This document shows, one piece after another, positions 212,436 to 225,306 of a DNA stretch of 248,000 nucleotides; positions within the stretch are counted from its first letter, which is position 1; each line of letters begins with the position of its first letter. The stretch covers positions 20,001-268,000 of the forward strand of contig NW_008806285.1 of the NCBI RefSeq assembly GCF_000400465.1, written 5' to 3'. The notes beneath the pieces are model-generated. The model saw only the letters and a list, made by a program, of their open reading frames with translations, was not told where the DNA came from and searched no databases. The position numbers and the translations under genes are program-made. This DNA is from Wallemia ichthyophaga EXF-994 (Eukaryota; Fungi; Basidiomycota).

Positions 212436-215400
212436 TTACCCAGCATCTTTTGCAAACTCATCGCTGTGTTCCTCATTTTCATCATCGTTGAACCTAACCT
212501 CTTTTCTGTCTTGATCGTTGCTTAAAGGTGACGTACTGCTACGATCGCTAATATCCAACGAACCTTCATTTGTATGCACCTCGTTTTCATTTGCGCTCTC
212601 CTCTATCGTCTTTGTTAAAGGTGCCAGGAATCCATTATTCTGCAGTGATGCCAACATATCTGCTGCCATAGCTGCTTCATTACCTGGACCTGATAAATCT
212701 GATTGACTTTGCGAGGCATGAGGTACAGAGCTCCTTCTGTTTCCCTTCCTGGCTCGCCTTCTAGGCGCTGTGTCTCCTTGCTTGAGCTTGTCGAGCAATG
212801 TATCCATTATTGACTCGCCCTCTGGGTCCGTGTAAGCTGCTTGTATTGCTGCTCTTTCTTTAACTCTAGCTTCTTTAGCTTGACGTCGCTTTTCAATGCT
212901 CGCCTTCTCCTCTGCGTACGTCTGGTTCTCATTTTTACATTTCTAATCGTAACATTAGTCAAAACCCACAAAACACTTTAGTAAATACCTTGTAAGAAGC
213001 CAGAAATTGCTTAAACACACCAAAGAACTCCGAAGTCGATGGTAACTTGTCAAGTTCACCATAGAAGCGAGCAGTGTTCTGATACGAAGCATCGGCCAAA
213101 GCTAATCTGTCAACCATGCCATCTAGCTTCCCTTTAGCAACTGCAGAAAATTTCCACATCTTTTCAGGGTACCCATCTCGAGGGGTAATAGATTCCGGAT
213201 CATTGAAGTGATTCTCCAATTCCAACAACAAGTGTTTCAGCCCTTCTCTAAGATCTCCTAGACCTTTCCTCACATCCGTCAAATTTACTACTAACGTCAG
213301 CTTGCGGGTTGCAAGTATATATCTCACTAACCTCTGTAAGCTTCAGCCGGCTTTGACAACTCATCAATGAAGAGCTCCATGTCAGTGAACTGCTTTGCTA
213401 CGGTTCTCTCGAGGAAGTGAACCAAAGTAGTTCCATTTGTCGACTTGGTATCAACCATCTACTTCGCGTTAACATATTCCACAAACAAATGCACTCGTAC
213501 CTTATTTAAACTGGTGATCTTAAAACCGAAAGCTCCACCTTTAACACCTTGAGCATTCATGTAATTACCAATCAGTAACACCAGCTGCAGATAATTAGAT
213601 TATATGAAATCCCCTATTCTTACTCACCTTCAACATTTCTATAAACCTTGGAGCAGACATTAGACTTTCAGATGCCTCATGAACTACATCAACGCTCTGC
213701 CGATGTTAGAAGAATTATGTGCTTTTGTAATGACTCACTTCACTTAGAATATTGTACACCTCTTCGAAAACAGACTTATAAAGCATACCCTCGATTCTAG
213801 GTCCCATTCTTTCTATCTTGATCAACTGAACCATTAGTCTGTCTGCAGGGTGCAAAGTAACAAGAACCTCAGGGCCTGCATCCTTGTAAGGTGCCAATTT
213901 ACCTGCCTGTTCAGGAGTCGGCAGAACCGGTTTCAACTCGCTCAAGAATGTCTGCGTACAGAAGTCCTCGTCAAATGAAAGGATTTTTGAGGCGATCTGT
214001 TCGGGGGAGTATTGCTTTACCCGCTGCATCACAATTTCGATTCTCTTCTGCGATGAAACGTCTAGAACACTTATCAAGTCCTTGTCCTTTTTCTTGTTCA
214101 TCAAATTGAGGACTATCTGCTTACTCTTAAAATCTTCTTCGAGTTCAATCCACACACCATCACGCTTTAATTGGTTAAACCATTCTGTTTCAGGAGCCTC
214201 GTTCGTAAGACCCCAGACAGTCTTACCGAGATGATTTTGATTTATTTTATCCCACTGTAGCTGCTTCATCTTCTGACTCGCGGCGTCAGGCAGCTCTTTA
214301 CGAGCATGAGCACTATACATAGTAGAAGTAGGTCGTGAAGAGGGAGGGATTGGCGGAGGAGGCGGAAGACCGGTGTTAGTAGCTGGTATTGCTTGACGTA
214401 GACCACCAGACTTGAGTATGTTCGCAAGTGAGGCGTTTGGTGTTGTAGTACCTGGTGGTGGCGGAGGTGGTGGCGGAGGAGGTGGAGCTCCCTGAGATGA
214501 CGCTTGAGAAGTTGGAGGTGGGGGAGGCGGTAAAGGTATAGGGCCACCAGCTCCCATGGCAATTACTGGATTTCCGACCGGTGGAGGAGGAGGAGGCACA
214601 GGTATAAGACCACCTGTTGTCATAGCACTTGCAGGATTTCCGACTGGAGGGGGAGGAGGCGGCACAGGTATAAGGCCACCTGTTGTCATAGCACTTGCAG
214701 GATTTCCAACCGGAGGTGGCGGTGGGGCTGGAGGAGCTGGAGGAGCTGTAGGGGGTGTAGATTCTGCTGCTGGCATTGAAGATAAAAGATCTTTATCATT
214801 TGTGGCGGACGTCTGATCCGTAACATCCGGTCTACCAACCCCTTGGTGTTTTTTGAGGTTCTTAGTTTGCTTTTGTAGCATGGCTTCAAATGCATTGTTG
214901 CGGGTTTCTGATGAGTTTTCATTAATGGAGGCCATGGATGTCACTTGGGTATCGTCACTTTGGGTAGTAAACCCGCTAGCATGAGTCATAGTTGCATCAG
215001 ACTGCTCCTCGTCAGTCTGCGATTCTTCAGTAACTGCTGGCATCTCTGAATCCGTCTTTGATCTGTCGTCTTCATCTTTATCGTCTTCGTCTAAGGGTAA
215101 ACCTGAAGGCGTCCTGCGGCCTCTGCTGCGAATCTCTTCTAGGTAGGCCGGTTCTATACCAAGTTTCTTATGACTTTTACGTTTACTGGACTTTTCTTGT
215201 GGACTTGGTGCTGTCTTGGAAATTGACATCGAACTATTATCTACATCAATCTCCCGAGAACTACTCACGTATGGACCGTTACTAGGTTGGACACTCATAA
215301 TCGCACTGTCACTCGAAATCCTCTTACTGCTTCTTTGAGGTTTACCTGAAGGCATAGGTCTAGCCAATGCTTTTCGCTGTTGTACGTTGTAATCCACATC

Positions 215401-218155
215401 CTTTGGCATGTTCTGATATCGTAGAACCCTTGGGCTGGGTTGCTTGGGGCTTTCACGCTCTGATCTCATAGGTGTCAGCTTACCTTTACTGACAAGATTA
215501 ACGTGATGCTCCTGTACTTCTTCATCTTCTGCGTCCATGAATTGTGATGCACGACCCTCATCCTTTGTGGCTGTGATGCCTGAACTTTCCGAATCCCTGT
215601 TCTGTGGTGGAGCTTTGACTACACCCAGACTGCGTCCAAGTTTAGCACCTCTTGAAAAAGGCTGATCACCCTTGCTAGGTACCTCTATTTTTGGCTTTTT
215701 GCTTGGACTTTCTGCCATTTGTTCAGCTTCTTGCTCGGCTCCTTGCTCATCGACATTATTCAATGCGTTCAATGCGTCTGTACCCTCTAGCTTCTTAACA
215801 GTCTTGTGCCGAGCAAGTCGTCTTTCAAGGGCAGTGACGAACTCGCGTTGCTGAGACTTTTTCCCATCAATACCAACTTCATTTTCAACTGATATGAGAT
215901 CATGGAACCCTTTCGTCTGCTTAAGCAGATTAAACAATTCGCGTATGAGTGCCTCCAGTTCAGTAATCTTCTCGCGGAGTCTATCTTCAAGTTCTTCAGA
216001 GTGCTCTTGGACTTTATGCATCGCCTCCCGCGAGATACTCAGTGATTCCTCCGTCTCGTTCAGTTTCCTTTGAAGCGTGTTGACTAATACCGTATCTGAA
216101 GATGACGACGCAGGCAAGTCAGTCGCATTATAAAGCGCTACCTCCTGCTCAAGTGCATCCTTTTGTCTCCTGGTTTTAATGTGTTGCGCGTGTTCATTTT
216201 CCAGCTGATTCTCTAGCTTCTGCATTCTGTCCTGATCGGTAAAGCGAGACACAACATTTCCAACAGATACGTTAGCTAGCGATGAGAAGTCTGTCGCAAC
216301 ACCACCCTTCCCGTCCATCACAATTGACGATATGAGGCTATCCACTAATTGAAGATACCTATTCTTTGTCTCAGGATCACTTGGAAGCAGTAGCAAGTGT
216401 TGTAATACGGCATGAAATAAGTCTCGACCTCTGGAACCTTCAACAGATGATATTAAAGCCCGAAAAATGTCTTCAGTCGTTGTAAGACTACCAAAGAATT
216501 GTGATTTCTGAGATTGCATTAATAACTCGTGATCCTCTTCAGCCAATTCTTCGTACTCGAGGATGATGTCCTCAACACGGGGATGCTGAAGGCTCCTCAA
216601 TTTGTCTGTGACTCTTTTCAAACCAGATAATTCCAACTGAGATCTAAGAAAATGACGTACGTCTGGATCTTCCGGCAAGCATACGAGTTGATTGACAAGA
216701 AGCAGATTCACCACCTTGATATAATGAGTTGATTTTCACAAACTGACATTTACTCACGGCATAATCAACCAACATGCTATCAGCAGATATAGCGTTCTTC
216801 AATTCATCGCTTGCACCCACGAGCGAGCCCATTCGACCCCTACCGTCAATGGTAGCTTCGAAAGATTTGAGCCATGGATCGAATCTCGAATTCTCCTCGT
216901 AATGTGTTTGCAGTGCGTCGAATGATCTGAGAACAATCGAGTGGCCTCGTGGTTTATCCCAAGAGATCAAGAAGAGTAGAATTTCAACAGCCTGTCTTCG
217001 AGTTTGAAGTTGTGGGCTCATTATAGACGCCGCTAAGGATGTCACAATAATTGGTTGCGAGGATACATCGCTAGCACCAGACTAGAGCCCATCAGAATAC
217101 TGAAGACAAAATAGGGAACACCTACAGGATAGTTTACCACGTGCCGCATGCACTTGACGATTTCTGCTTCAAGTATTGCGTCGCCCTCTCTCTTAACCGT
217201 GCGATGATTGATGGTGTGTAACACATTGGCCAAAACGGAAGGACCGCGAAGCTCAATAAATTCCTTCAGCCACCTAAACATAGATGAGTAATATAACAAC
217301 AAATTGTCATTCCACTCACTCGAGAGGCATTGTACGCAAGCTGACGGATAGATGAGAAACGTCAGTGTGTAAAACGTTACCACTGAGGAATTTGCGAATG
217401 TAAGCTTGAGGGGGGTCATCAGCATGCCCAACAAAAGCACGTGGGGAGGAAGTAGAGGATTTTTCGCTTCTGCCGTGTCTCTTGACAGCTTGCTTCTGCT
217501 TCAAGGCGCTACTCTGAAGCAAAGCACGCTTATTATCTTGAGGCAAAGCTCTGAGTCTCTTAGCTTCAGAGTCACCCGGAGCTATGGATTGAACAAAGAT
217601 ATCGAAATGATCCTCAATCTCAGCCTCTGAGAGTAAGTCAACATTCTTTATAGAGATACCACCTGTGCCAAGTTTGCTCATGGAGGAGGAGCTTTGGGAT
217701 CTTACAGAATTGAATGAAGGGGATGATTCAATACTTGCTAAGTTAAAGTCGTTTATTGACCTCGAAGGACCAGCCTCGTAAAAAGCATCGCCGCTGCCCA
217801 AGAAAGAGGAGAATTGCGATGAGCGACCTGAAAAGAGAGAATTTCCATCAGATTGCATCCTAGAATTGCGTTTGGTGGGGAGAGTGGAGATCATTGATGA
217901 CGAGGTGGGTAATCTACCTGCGTCGATCGAGGACGAGCTGTGATATGAATCAAGGGTGGGGCTACGATAAGGGTAATCCTTATTAGCGTCATATTCAATA
218001 TTTGAATTTAAATTGGAATTGAGATTTGGATTGGTATTTGGTGCAGAGATGGAACCGCCAGAGATAGCTGACTTGTCAACGTCGTTCCACTCATAATCTG
218101 CTTGGATCTTTGAGCGTGATTTCTTCTTTGAAGACAGTGAAAATATTGAGTCCAT
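212436..218155 (-). CDS. Formin (GBD/FH3, FH1, FH2, DAD)
   Basis: Poly-Pro FH1, KMKQLQWDK, GNYMN, MDTLLDKL. Confidence 0.93.
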
Positions 218156-218370
218156 TTGGACTGCTTTTTCACTCAGTGGTGGTGATAGTACTGGTCCGAC
218201 CAAGACAAATTCAAATCAAAGCCAATATCAGCGTCATATTGCAGCAAAATTAAATTGAAATTCTTCTTCTTTTATTACAATTCTATGTCTTACGATTCAA
218301 AGCGTCTACTTTGGCTCTGACCTGATACCGCAATTGGGCTGGTATACACGGACGCGCCCTATACGCCACT

Positions 218371-219733
218371 TCATTCATCATCTGAGTCGTAGAATTCATC
218401 TGACATATCTTCATCGAGTGCGGCAAGGTGTGCCAAGTCGACCTATTTCGTATTAGCACACTTCGTTATCATCTAATCCAGCATTCACCTTATAACGGAG
218501 TAGACCACCTACACCACCAAATCCGCGAACAAATTGAGCACCTTCTTGCGATTTGTCAGTTACAAATTCCAAGTTTGCACCAAATTCCTTGTAATTCTCT
218601 GCAAACCATTCTAACAAAGATTGTGGTTCACCGATTGGCTCCATTTCAGAACCAGTTGAAGGATCAGTGAACTTTGAACGATCGTCTTCCTGTCCTTTGT
218701 TTACGTGAAGTACAACTTCTTCGCCTGCAGCATTGCGAAGCTTGTGACGAGTGACTTCAAGATTCTCAAACACAATCAAGTCCTTGACAGCACCAAGATC
218801 TAATGCACGTAACGTATCCTCAATACCAAAGCAGAATTTACCAGTGTCTAAGGAAATTTCATCAAAGTACTTTGAGATAAGCTTCTTCTCTTGTACGAAT
218901 TTAACATTCTGCAATGACTCGGAAGATAAATCGATTGCTTGGTTGAAACCATTCTCACCACCGTAAGAAACATCCACAATTTTAACAATCTTTGTCGCCA
219001 ATCTTGGGTCAAAGAGATCCGATTGACTCAATTCAGTCTTAAAGTCTGCACTACCAGCGAGGACCAAACCAGCAACATTGATCTTGTCATTAGTAATAAA
219101 GTGCTGAGTGGCGAACTCAGCAACCTTTCTAACGTAGTTGTGGCGCTTTTCATCACGGAGACGGGAGAAACGCATGGCAGATTGACCACCACGTCCGTGC
219201 TTCTTTGGTAGATCAACGGTAAACTTCTGAATAACCTCTCTAGTGTTTCCGGCGAGTGTACCAAACAAGGAGCCACTACCATCCATAACGATGAAACCAA
219301 ACTTTGTGTCAGATTCGAGCAACTCCTGTAGGGCTTCTGTGTGGAACTTGTTATCGCAAAGGTAAAGGGAGGTGTTTATAGGGCGGTGAGGTTCGAAGTC
219401 AATAGAGACCTTCTTCTCTTTACCGTCATCGGTGACGATTGTGCCTACGAAGAGAACTAAACCATTGTTGGGCATGCGAGTATAGAGCTTGAGACGCTGC
219501 TGAGTGGAAGTGATGGCAGCTAGAACAGAGAGTCTATTAACACGTGATTTAATGTTTGAAGCAGTACCGTATTCCTGCGTAAGCATACCACTGAGTTGAG
219601 ATATTTGTGCTCTACCGTTTGAGATCAAACTGATCATCGAGGTACCGTTACCTCTGACAGAGTCCAACCAGCGAATAACCCTCTTCATCTTCCATATCTG
219701 CACATTTTGTGCTGCAATATCGTCTGAACTCAT
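218371..219733 (-). CDS. SUP45: Release factor eRF1
   Basis: TASNIKS, YLCDNKF, GRGGQS. Confidence 0.97.
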
Positions 219734-220262
219734 ATCGTGATGGTGGTGGTGGAAGAATTTATATAACCAATTAAAATTTGAAATATCCTGAGTATAAAAT
219801 CAGTGCCTTTTACTTGGTGTTGTTTACAGTGCCTGCGTATGCTTGATCTTCCTCAGAGACTGCTATCTTCGACTATGCTTGACATCCATCTGCACACCCC
219901 AACCCACGCCAAATATGCTCCAACTAATATCCTAAAATACCTCTCGTCTGCCGCCTTATTGCTCGATTGGCAGCTGAATTGATGGATGCCACGCGGTGAA
220001 AGTAAAATTTGCAGGTACAAACGTCTCAAATGATCGTTGCGTGTTCAAGGCTAGAATTAAAGGCTACGATTATATTTACGTCTGTTCTGATATTTCGCCG
220101 CGTTGCGTGACATCTTTGATCGTGCACAGGGAATGCTTTGGGCACATAAAGGATATACCTTACATATATATTGCACTAGAAGAGCTACTACAGAGTGTAT
220201 CGCTGCTTTTCACATCGTTTTCGCGTCAGAAAGGCTGATAATACTTCTTCAACTGCCCTTCC

Positions 220263-223200
220263 ATGAGCCAGAATAATATAAAGGTAGTTGCGCGGTTTAG
220301 ACCTGTAAATAAGGTCGAGCAACAACAATATCCACCAGATGGAAAACCCATCATCGACATCAACGATACCAACACTCAAGTAAATCTCTACAACGAATCA
220401 AACAACTATTCTTTCGATAGAGTGTTCGATAGACAGTCCAAGCAGGAAGACGTTTTCGAATACGGCGTTAGGGGTATCGTTGACGATGTCATTTCTGGCT
220501 ACAATGGTACTGTCTTCGCCTACGGTCAGACCGGCTCTGGTAAAACGTACACTATGATGGGCTCTGATATCGACGACAACAACTCAAAGGGTATCATACC
220601 TCGCATCACCGAACAGATCTTTGAATCCATTCTTACCTCTCCTCCAAACATGGAGTACCTTGTCAAGGTCAGTTACATGGAAATCTACATGGAAAGAATC
220701 AGAGACCTCTTGTCCCCAAATAATGATAATCTTCAAGTTCACGAGGATAAAGTAAGAGGCGTTTACGTCAAGAACCTTTCAGACTACTACGTTGGTGATG
220801 CAAATGAAGTCTACGAGATTATGAGACAAGGCAGTCAAGCAAGAGCTGTCTCTTCAACAAACATGAACGCTGAATCTTCTCGCTCTCACTCAATCTTTCT
220901 TATCTCTATCGTACAGAAAAACATCGAGACTGGCTCCCAAAAAACTGGTAACCTCTATCTCGTCGATTTGGCTGGTTCAGAAAAAATTGGTAAAACTGGT
221001 GCAACCGGACAAACCTTAGAAGAAGCAAAGAAGATCAACAAAAGTTTATCAGCACTTGGTATGGTTATCAATGCCTTGACTGATGGAAAATCAACCCATA
221101 TACCCTATCGTGACTCCAAACTGACAAGAATCTTGCAAGAATCTCTCGGAGGTAACTCCAGAACTACCTTGATAGTTAAGTACGTTGATTTTCGGCTTTG
221201 GGATTTCGATCTAACTCAAATACAGCTGTTCGCCTTCCGAATATAACGCTGACGAGACTATGTCGACCTTGAGATTTGGTATCAGAGCAAAGTCGATCAA
221301 GAATTCTGCTCGTGTCAACACTGAATTATCTCCTGCTGAACTTAAGAACCTTCTCAAGAAATCGCAAAGAGATCGCACTCTTTATGAAAACTTTGTCACT
221401 GCACTTGAAGCTGAGTTGAAACAATGGAGGGCAGGAAAGACAGTCCCAAAGGAAGATTGGACAACTAAAGACTCAACACCAAAGGAGAATATACCTTTAA
221501 ATACCACAATACCATCTACACCTACCAAACCAATCAATCAAAACCTAGAAGTTGCTCGTGATGAAGCACGCCCAGCTACCCCGGTGCCGCTCAACTTGGA
221601 TAAAGATGAGAGGGAAGACTTCTTGAAACACGAGAACGAATTGAGTGACCAGTTGGCAGACAAGGAAAAAGCGATGACTTCACTCGAAAAGGTTCTCAAA
221701 GAGCTGCGCGACGAGCTTGATTTCTATAAAACCTCTCATCAAACACTCAACGAGGAGAACTCTGACTTCCAAACGCAATTATCAGATCTCCGCCTACAAT
221801 TTGAAAGATTAGAGTTTGATAACAAGGACAACATCATCAATATGGATGTTCTACGCGACAGAAATACAGAATTGACAGCTTCAGTGAATGACTTGAACAG
221901 ATCTCTTGAAGAAGCCAAGAATGCTCAGAAAGACTCCCTTGCGGAAGACTTTGAAAAGAAGAAGGCTGAAAAGATGGCACAGATGATGGCTAAGTTTGAT
222001 GCTACTGGTTTTTCAGAGAAGGACGATGTTTTACGAGACTTAGTGTCAAAGATTGACAGCATTGACAACGACGAAAGACTCAGCGGTGGCACATTGACAT
222101 CTGACGATCTTTCTGCTATCCGCCGCCAACTCCTTGAATCCCAATCTCTTGCTCGCGAATCCCAGGACAAGCTTCGCAACAGTGAACATGATAACCAAAC
222201 CTTGGTTATCAAGAGGGAGGAGGTTGAGTCTCGTTTGCATGGTCTTGAAAGCGAGTTCGAAGAGCTTCTAGAGAAATCGATCAAAGAAGAAGAAGCCAAT
222301 AATCTAGACTTGCAGGAGTCTATCAATGGAATCAAGGACAAGCTTGAAGCACAATACAATTCAAAGCGTGAAAAGAACGAAGTGGAAGTTAATGATCTGC
222401 GTCAGCAGATAGAGAATAAAAATCAAGATATTACCTCGCTCAAAGACGACGTACAGAATCTGATGGGCCTCAATGACGAACTTAAGCGAGCCTTCGCTGT
222501 CACATCAGCTGGTATAGAAGGCGGTAAGAACCTAGTAGATTCAGCAAGAGATCTGGAAAAAACTCGCAAGAGCCTCGCATCCCAGTTAAATGACTTTGAA
222601 GGTATGAAGAAGTCACTGATGAAAGATTTACAAGATCGCTGCGAGAAAGTCGTTGAACTTGAGATTGAACTTGATCAGTATAAAGAGCAGTATGCTCAAG
222701 TGTTGCGTAGCACCAACAACAAGGCAGCTCAGAAGAAAATGGCCTTCTTGGAGCGCAATCTGGAGCAATTGACCCTCGTTCAGAAGGGACTTGTTGATCA
222801 GAACCAATCACTGAAAAAGGAAGTCGCGATTGCTGAGCGCAAGCTGCTTGCTAGATCCGAAAGGATTAACAACTTGGAGCACTTACTACAGGAAGCAGAC
222901 AAGAGGCTCGTCATCTCTAATGCTAAGTTTGAGGGGCAACTACAAGCCGTACGAGAGCGCCTTGAGCATGCTAGATGTGAGTACTAACGATTGAATAACA
223001 CATCCACTGACAGTAACCTTAGCTCAAAAAGAATCCACAAATGCGTCCATAAACTTCGGTAGAATCGCTAAGCCTCTCAGAGTGAGAACTTTACTTTTCA
223101 GGAAAATACTACTGACATCATAAACCAGGGTGGTGGTGGTAGCGGATCAGCATCTGCTTCTCCGACGAACAAGAAAACGATAGACTTATCTGGTGCGTCA

Positions 223201-223307
223201 GACCATGACAGCGGATCGTCGAGTAAGTTGATGAGTGTGCGGTGAGATTGTTAACTGACTCCGCTACAGCTAAACGTGCTTCTTGGTTCTTTTCATCTGG
223301 AAAATGA
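220263..223307 (+). CDS. Conventional kinesin-1 heavy chain
   Basis: GQTGSGKT, SSRSHS, DLAGSE, coiled coil, RIAKPLRGGGG tail. Confidence 0.95.
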
Positions 223308-223573
223308 TTTCCTGTGCTTTTATCTTCACACACTATATATCAGCAGTCATCCAAAGCAGCTTTTGACTTGTATCTATCATACACCCTTCTTAATATAGCA
223401 CTAGTGAGACGCATGTGCAGTATGCCAGTGATGCAATCAGATGCAAACTTTTTTTCCAATACCTCTTCACAATGGTATTTCGACCATGCAAATCATGCGT
223501 GCATGTCTCTGATGATATGACCAACTATGCATGTATACACCCGTGAACGACAGAAAGTTGAAATCGTATAATC

Positions 223574-224026
223574 TCAGCTCGAAGCGACCACTGATTTCGC
223601 TTGCTTTGCCTGATGTGCTCATTGAGTTAATTTATCGAAATCTCGAAAGCTAACTCACGGCGACCTTGGCAGCCAAAGCTTGAGCATCTCTTGGAAAATG
223701 TCAGATTATTACTTCTAGTGCTCAATGACCCACGCTTCACGCTTGTTCGAAAGCCTCTGAGTGCTTTGTTTGGGCGCTGGTCAAGAATGTCAGAAACCTT
223801 ATAAAAGGAGATGCTGCATACCTTTATTGTTGGCAGCGGCCTTCTTCTGCGCGCGTTCTATGCCATTTTAGAACATAAGGACGATCAAACAGCTACATAC
223901 CCCGATCCCTACGCGACTTTAGTATCCGCTCATTGAGAATGCTACGAGCTTACTTTTCTCTTTGATTCCCTCCTGAATCTAAATGTCAGAATATCCCAAT
224001 GCATTAACTGCATCCTTACTGCTCAT
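223574..224026 (-). CDS. SERF/4F5 small EDRK-rich protein (59 aa, 7 exons)
   Basis: Manually spliced: MSRGNQREKDRERAQKKAAANNKAPKQSTQRLSNKREADAQALAAKVAAKQAKSVVASS. Confidence 0.8.
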
Positions 224027-225306
224027 CTGGCCCGTGGTAAGTGATCAACGAGCATGCGGCTCAAAAGAAGCTACAATTTCAGCGCAGTGTGAGCTTTCAC
224101 AGTTTTCTAATTGCTTTGCATTTGCATCATCTGTAAGTTATCATCGCGCTGCTCGATAACGTATAATTACTCAATTCCAAGAATGTCAAACACATGTTTC
224201 ATTTACAACGCATGTGCATGTTTATAGTACACAATTATTTCCCATATGTATCCCGGTAAAATCTATCTAAGCATCTTTAAGCGTGAAGCTAATATTACAT
224301 CTTCTGTCTGCGGACTACCTCGTCTTAGTGGTGGAGGTTAGCAAGATCAAGTGATGATAGCAAACGTATTAGGAGTATCGCTCAAAGCGGACTTTAAACG
224401 GACTGCCAGGTCTTATTGAAGGTTAGAGAGAGGCAAACGAATGAGATAAAGCTTAATGGGAGTAGCGCAGACTATTTACATGGAAAGGTTATACCGGCCT
224501 TACTATAGCCCCAAGATGTTGTATCGCAAGGAGAAGAGGAAAGGAGTGTGGGCTGTTTAAATACCGTAGCGGCGACCGAGAATCACGTGGCTCGCGTTTT
224601 GTGTTTGTTATTGTGTTTTACGAACACAGCTACCCTCGTTCCCAGTCAAGCATCTAACGGCGTAGACACAATTATTAGATGGCTATGACTGGTGATATAG
224701 ATGAATATCAAGTAGCTCGATACTGCGTTTCTGATGGCTTTAAAGGTATATCGGAGTGATTCAGCAGCTTTGAAGATTTAGATATTAGTATTATACGACT
224801 TTCCGTGCATGCTCGACCATTTGCGGTTTGAGTTGAGTAGAAACAATTAGATTGGGAGATAAACAAGATCGAGAGCAGCGTAAGATATTCAGTAGGACAC
224901 TCAAGTCACCCTCACTCAGTCTTTCACAGGGTGCCTTGAGCATATTTAATTCAGCACAATAACTTATACTATTGAAATTTTCCACAAGTACTAGAAATAG
225001 GTATGCAAATCACACTGCCATCCATTAAACACACCTTGATGTCATCAGAAATGTAGATACAAGTACCAGATTGAACCTTTGTGGGTGGCGACAGAATAAA
225101 TCACTTTAGTGATATATCCAAGCGCTCATTAATGTACTAAAAAGGTGTGATAAAATCCTTAATTACCGTAATTCTGTAACAGACCGGAGGTAACAATGAA
225201 GGTCAAGAATGTCCGATTGAATCTGAACAAAGAACAATGGACACTTTAAAGTCAACATAAATTTATTATTGTTACAACGATGTGATTTTAAATAAAATAA
225301 TATAAT

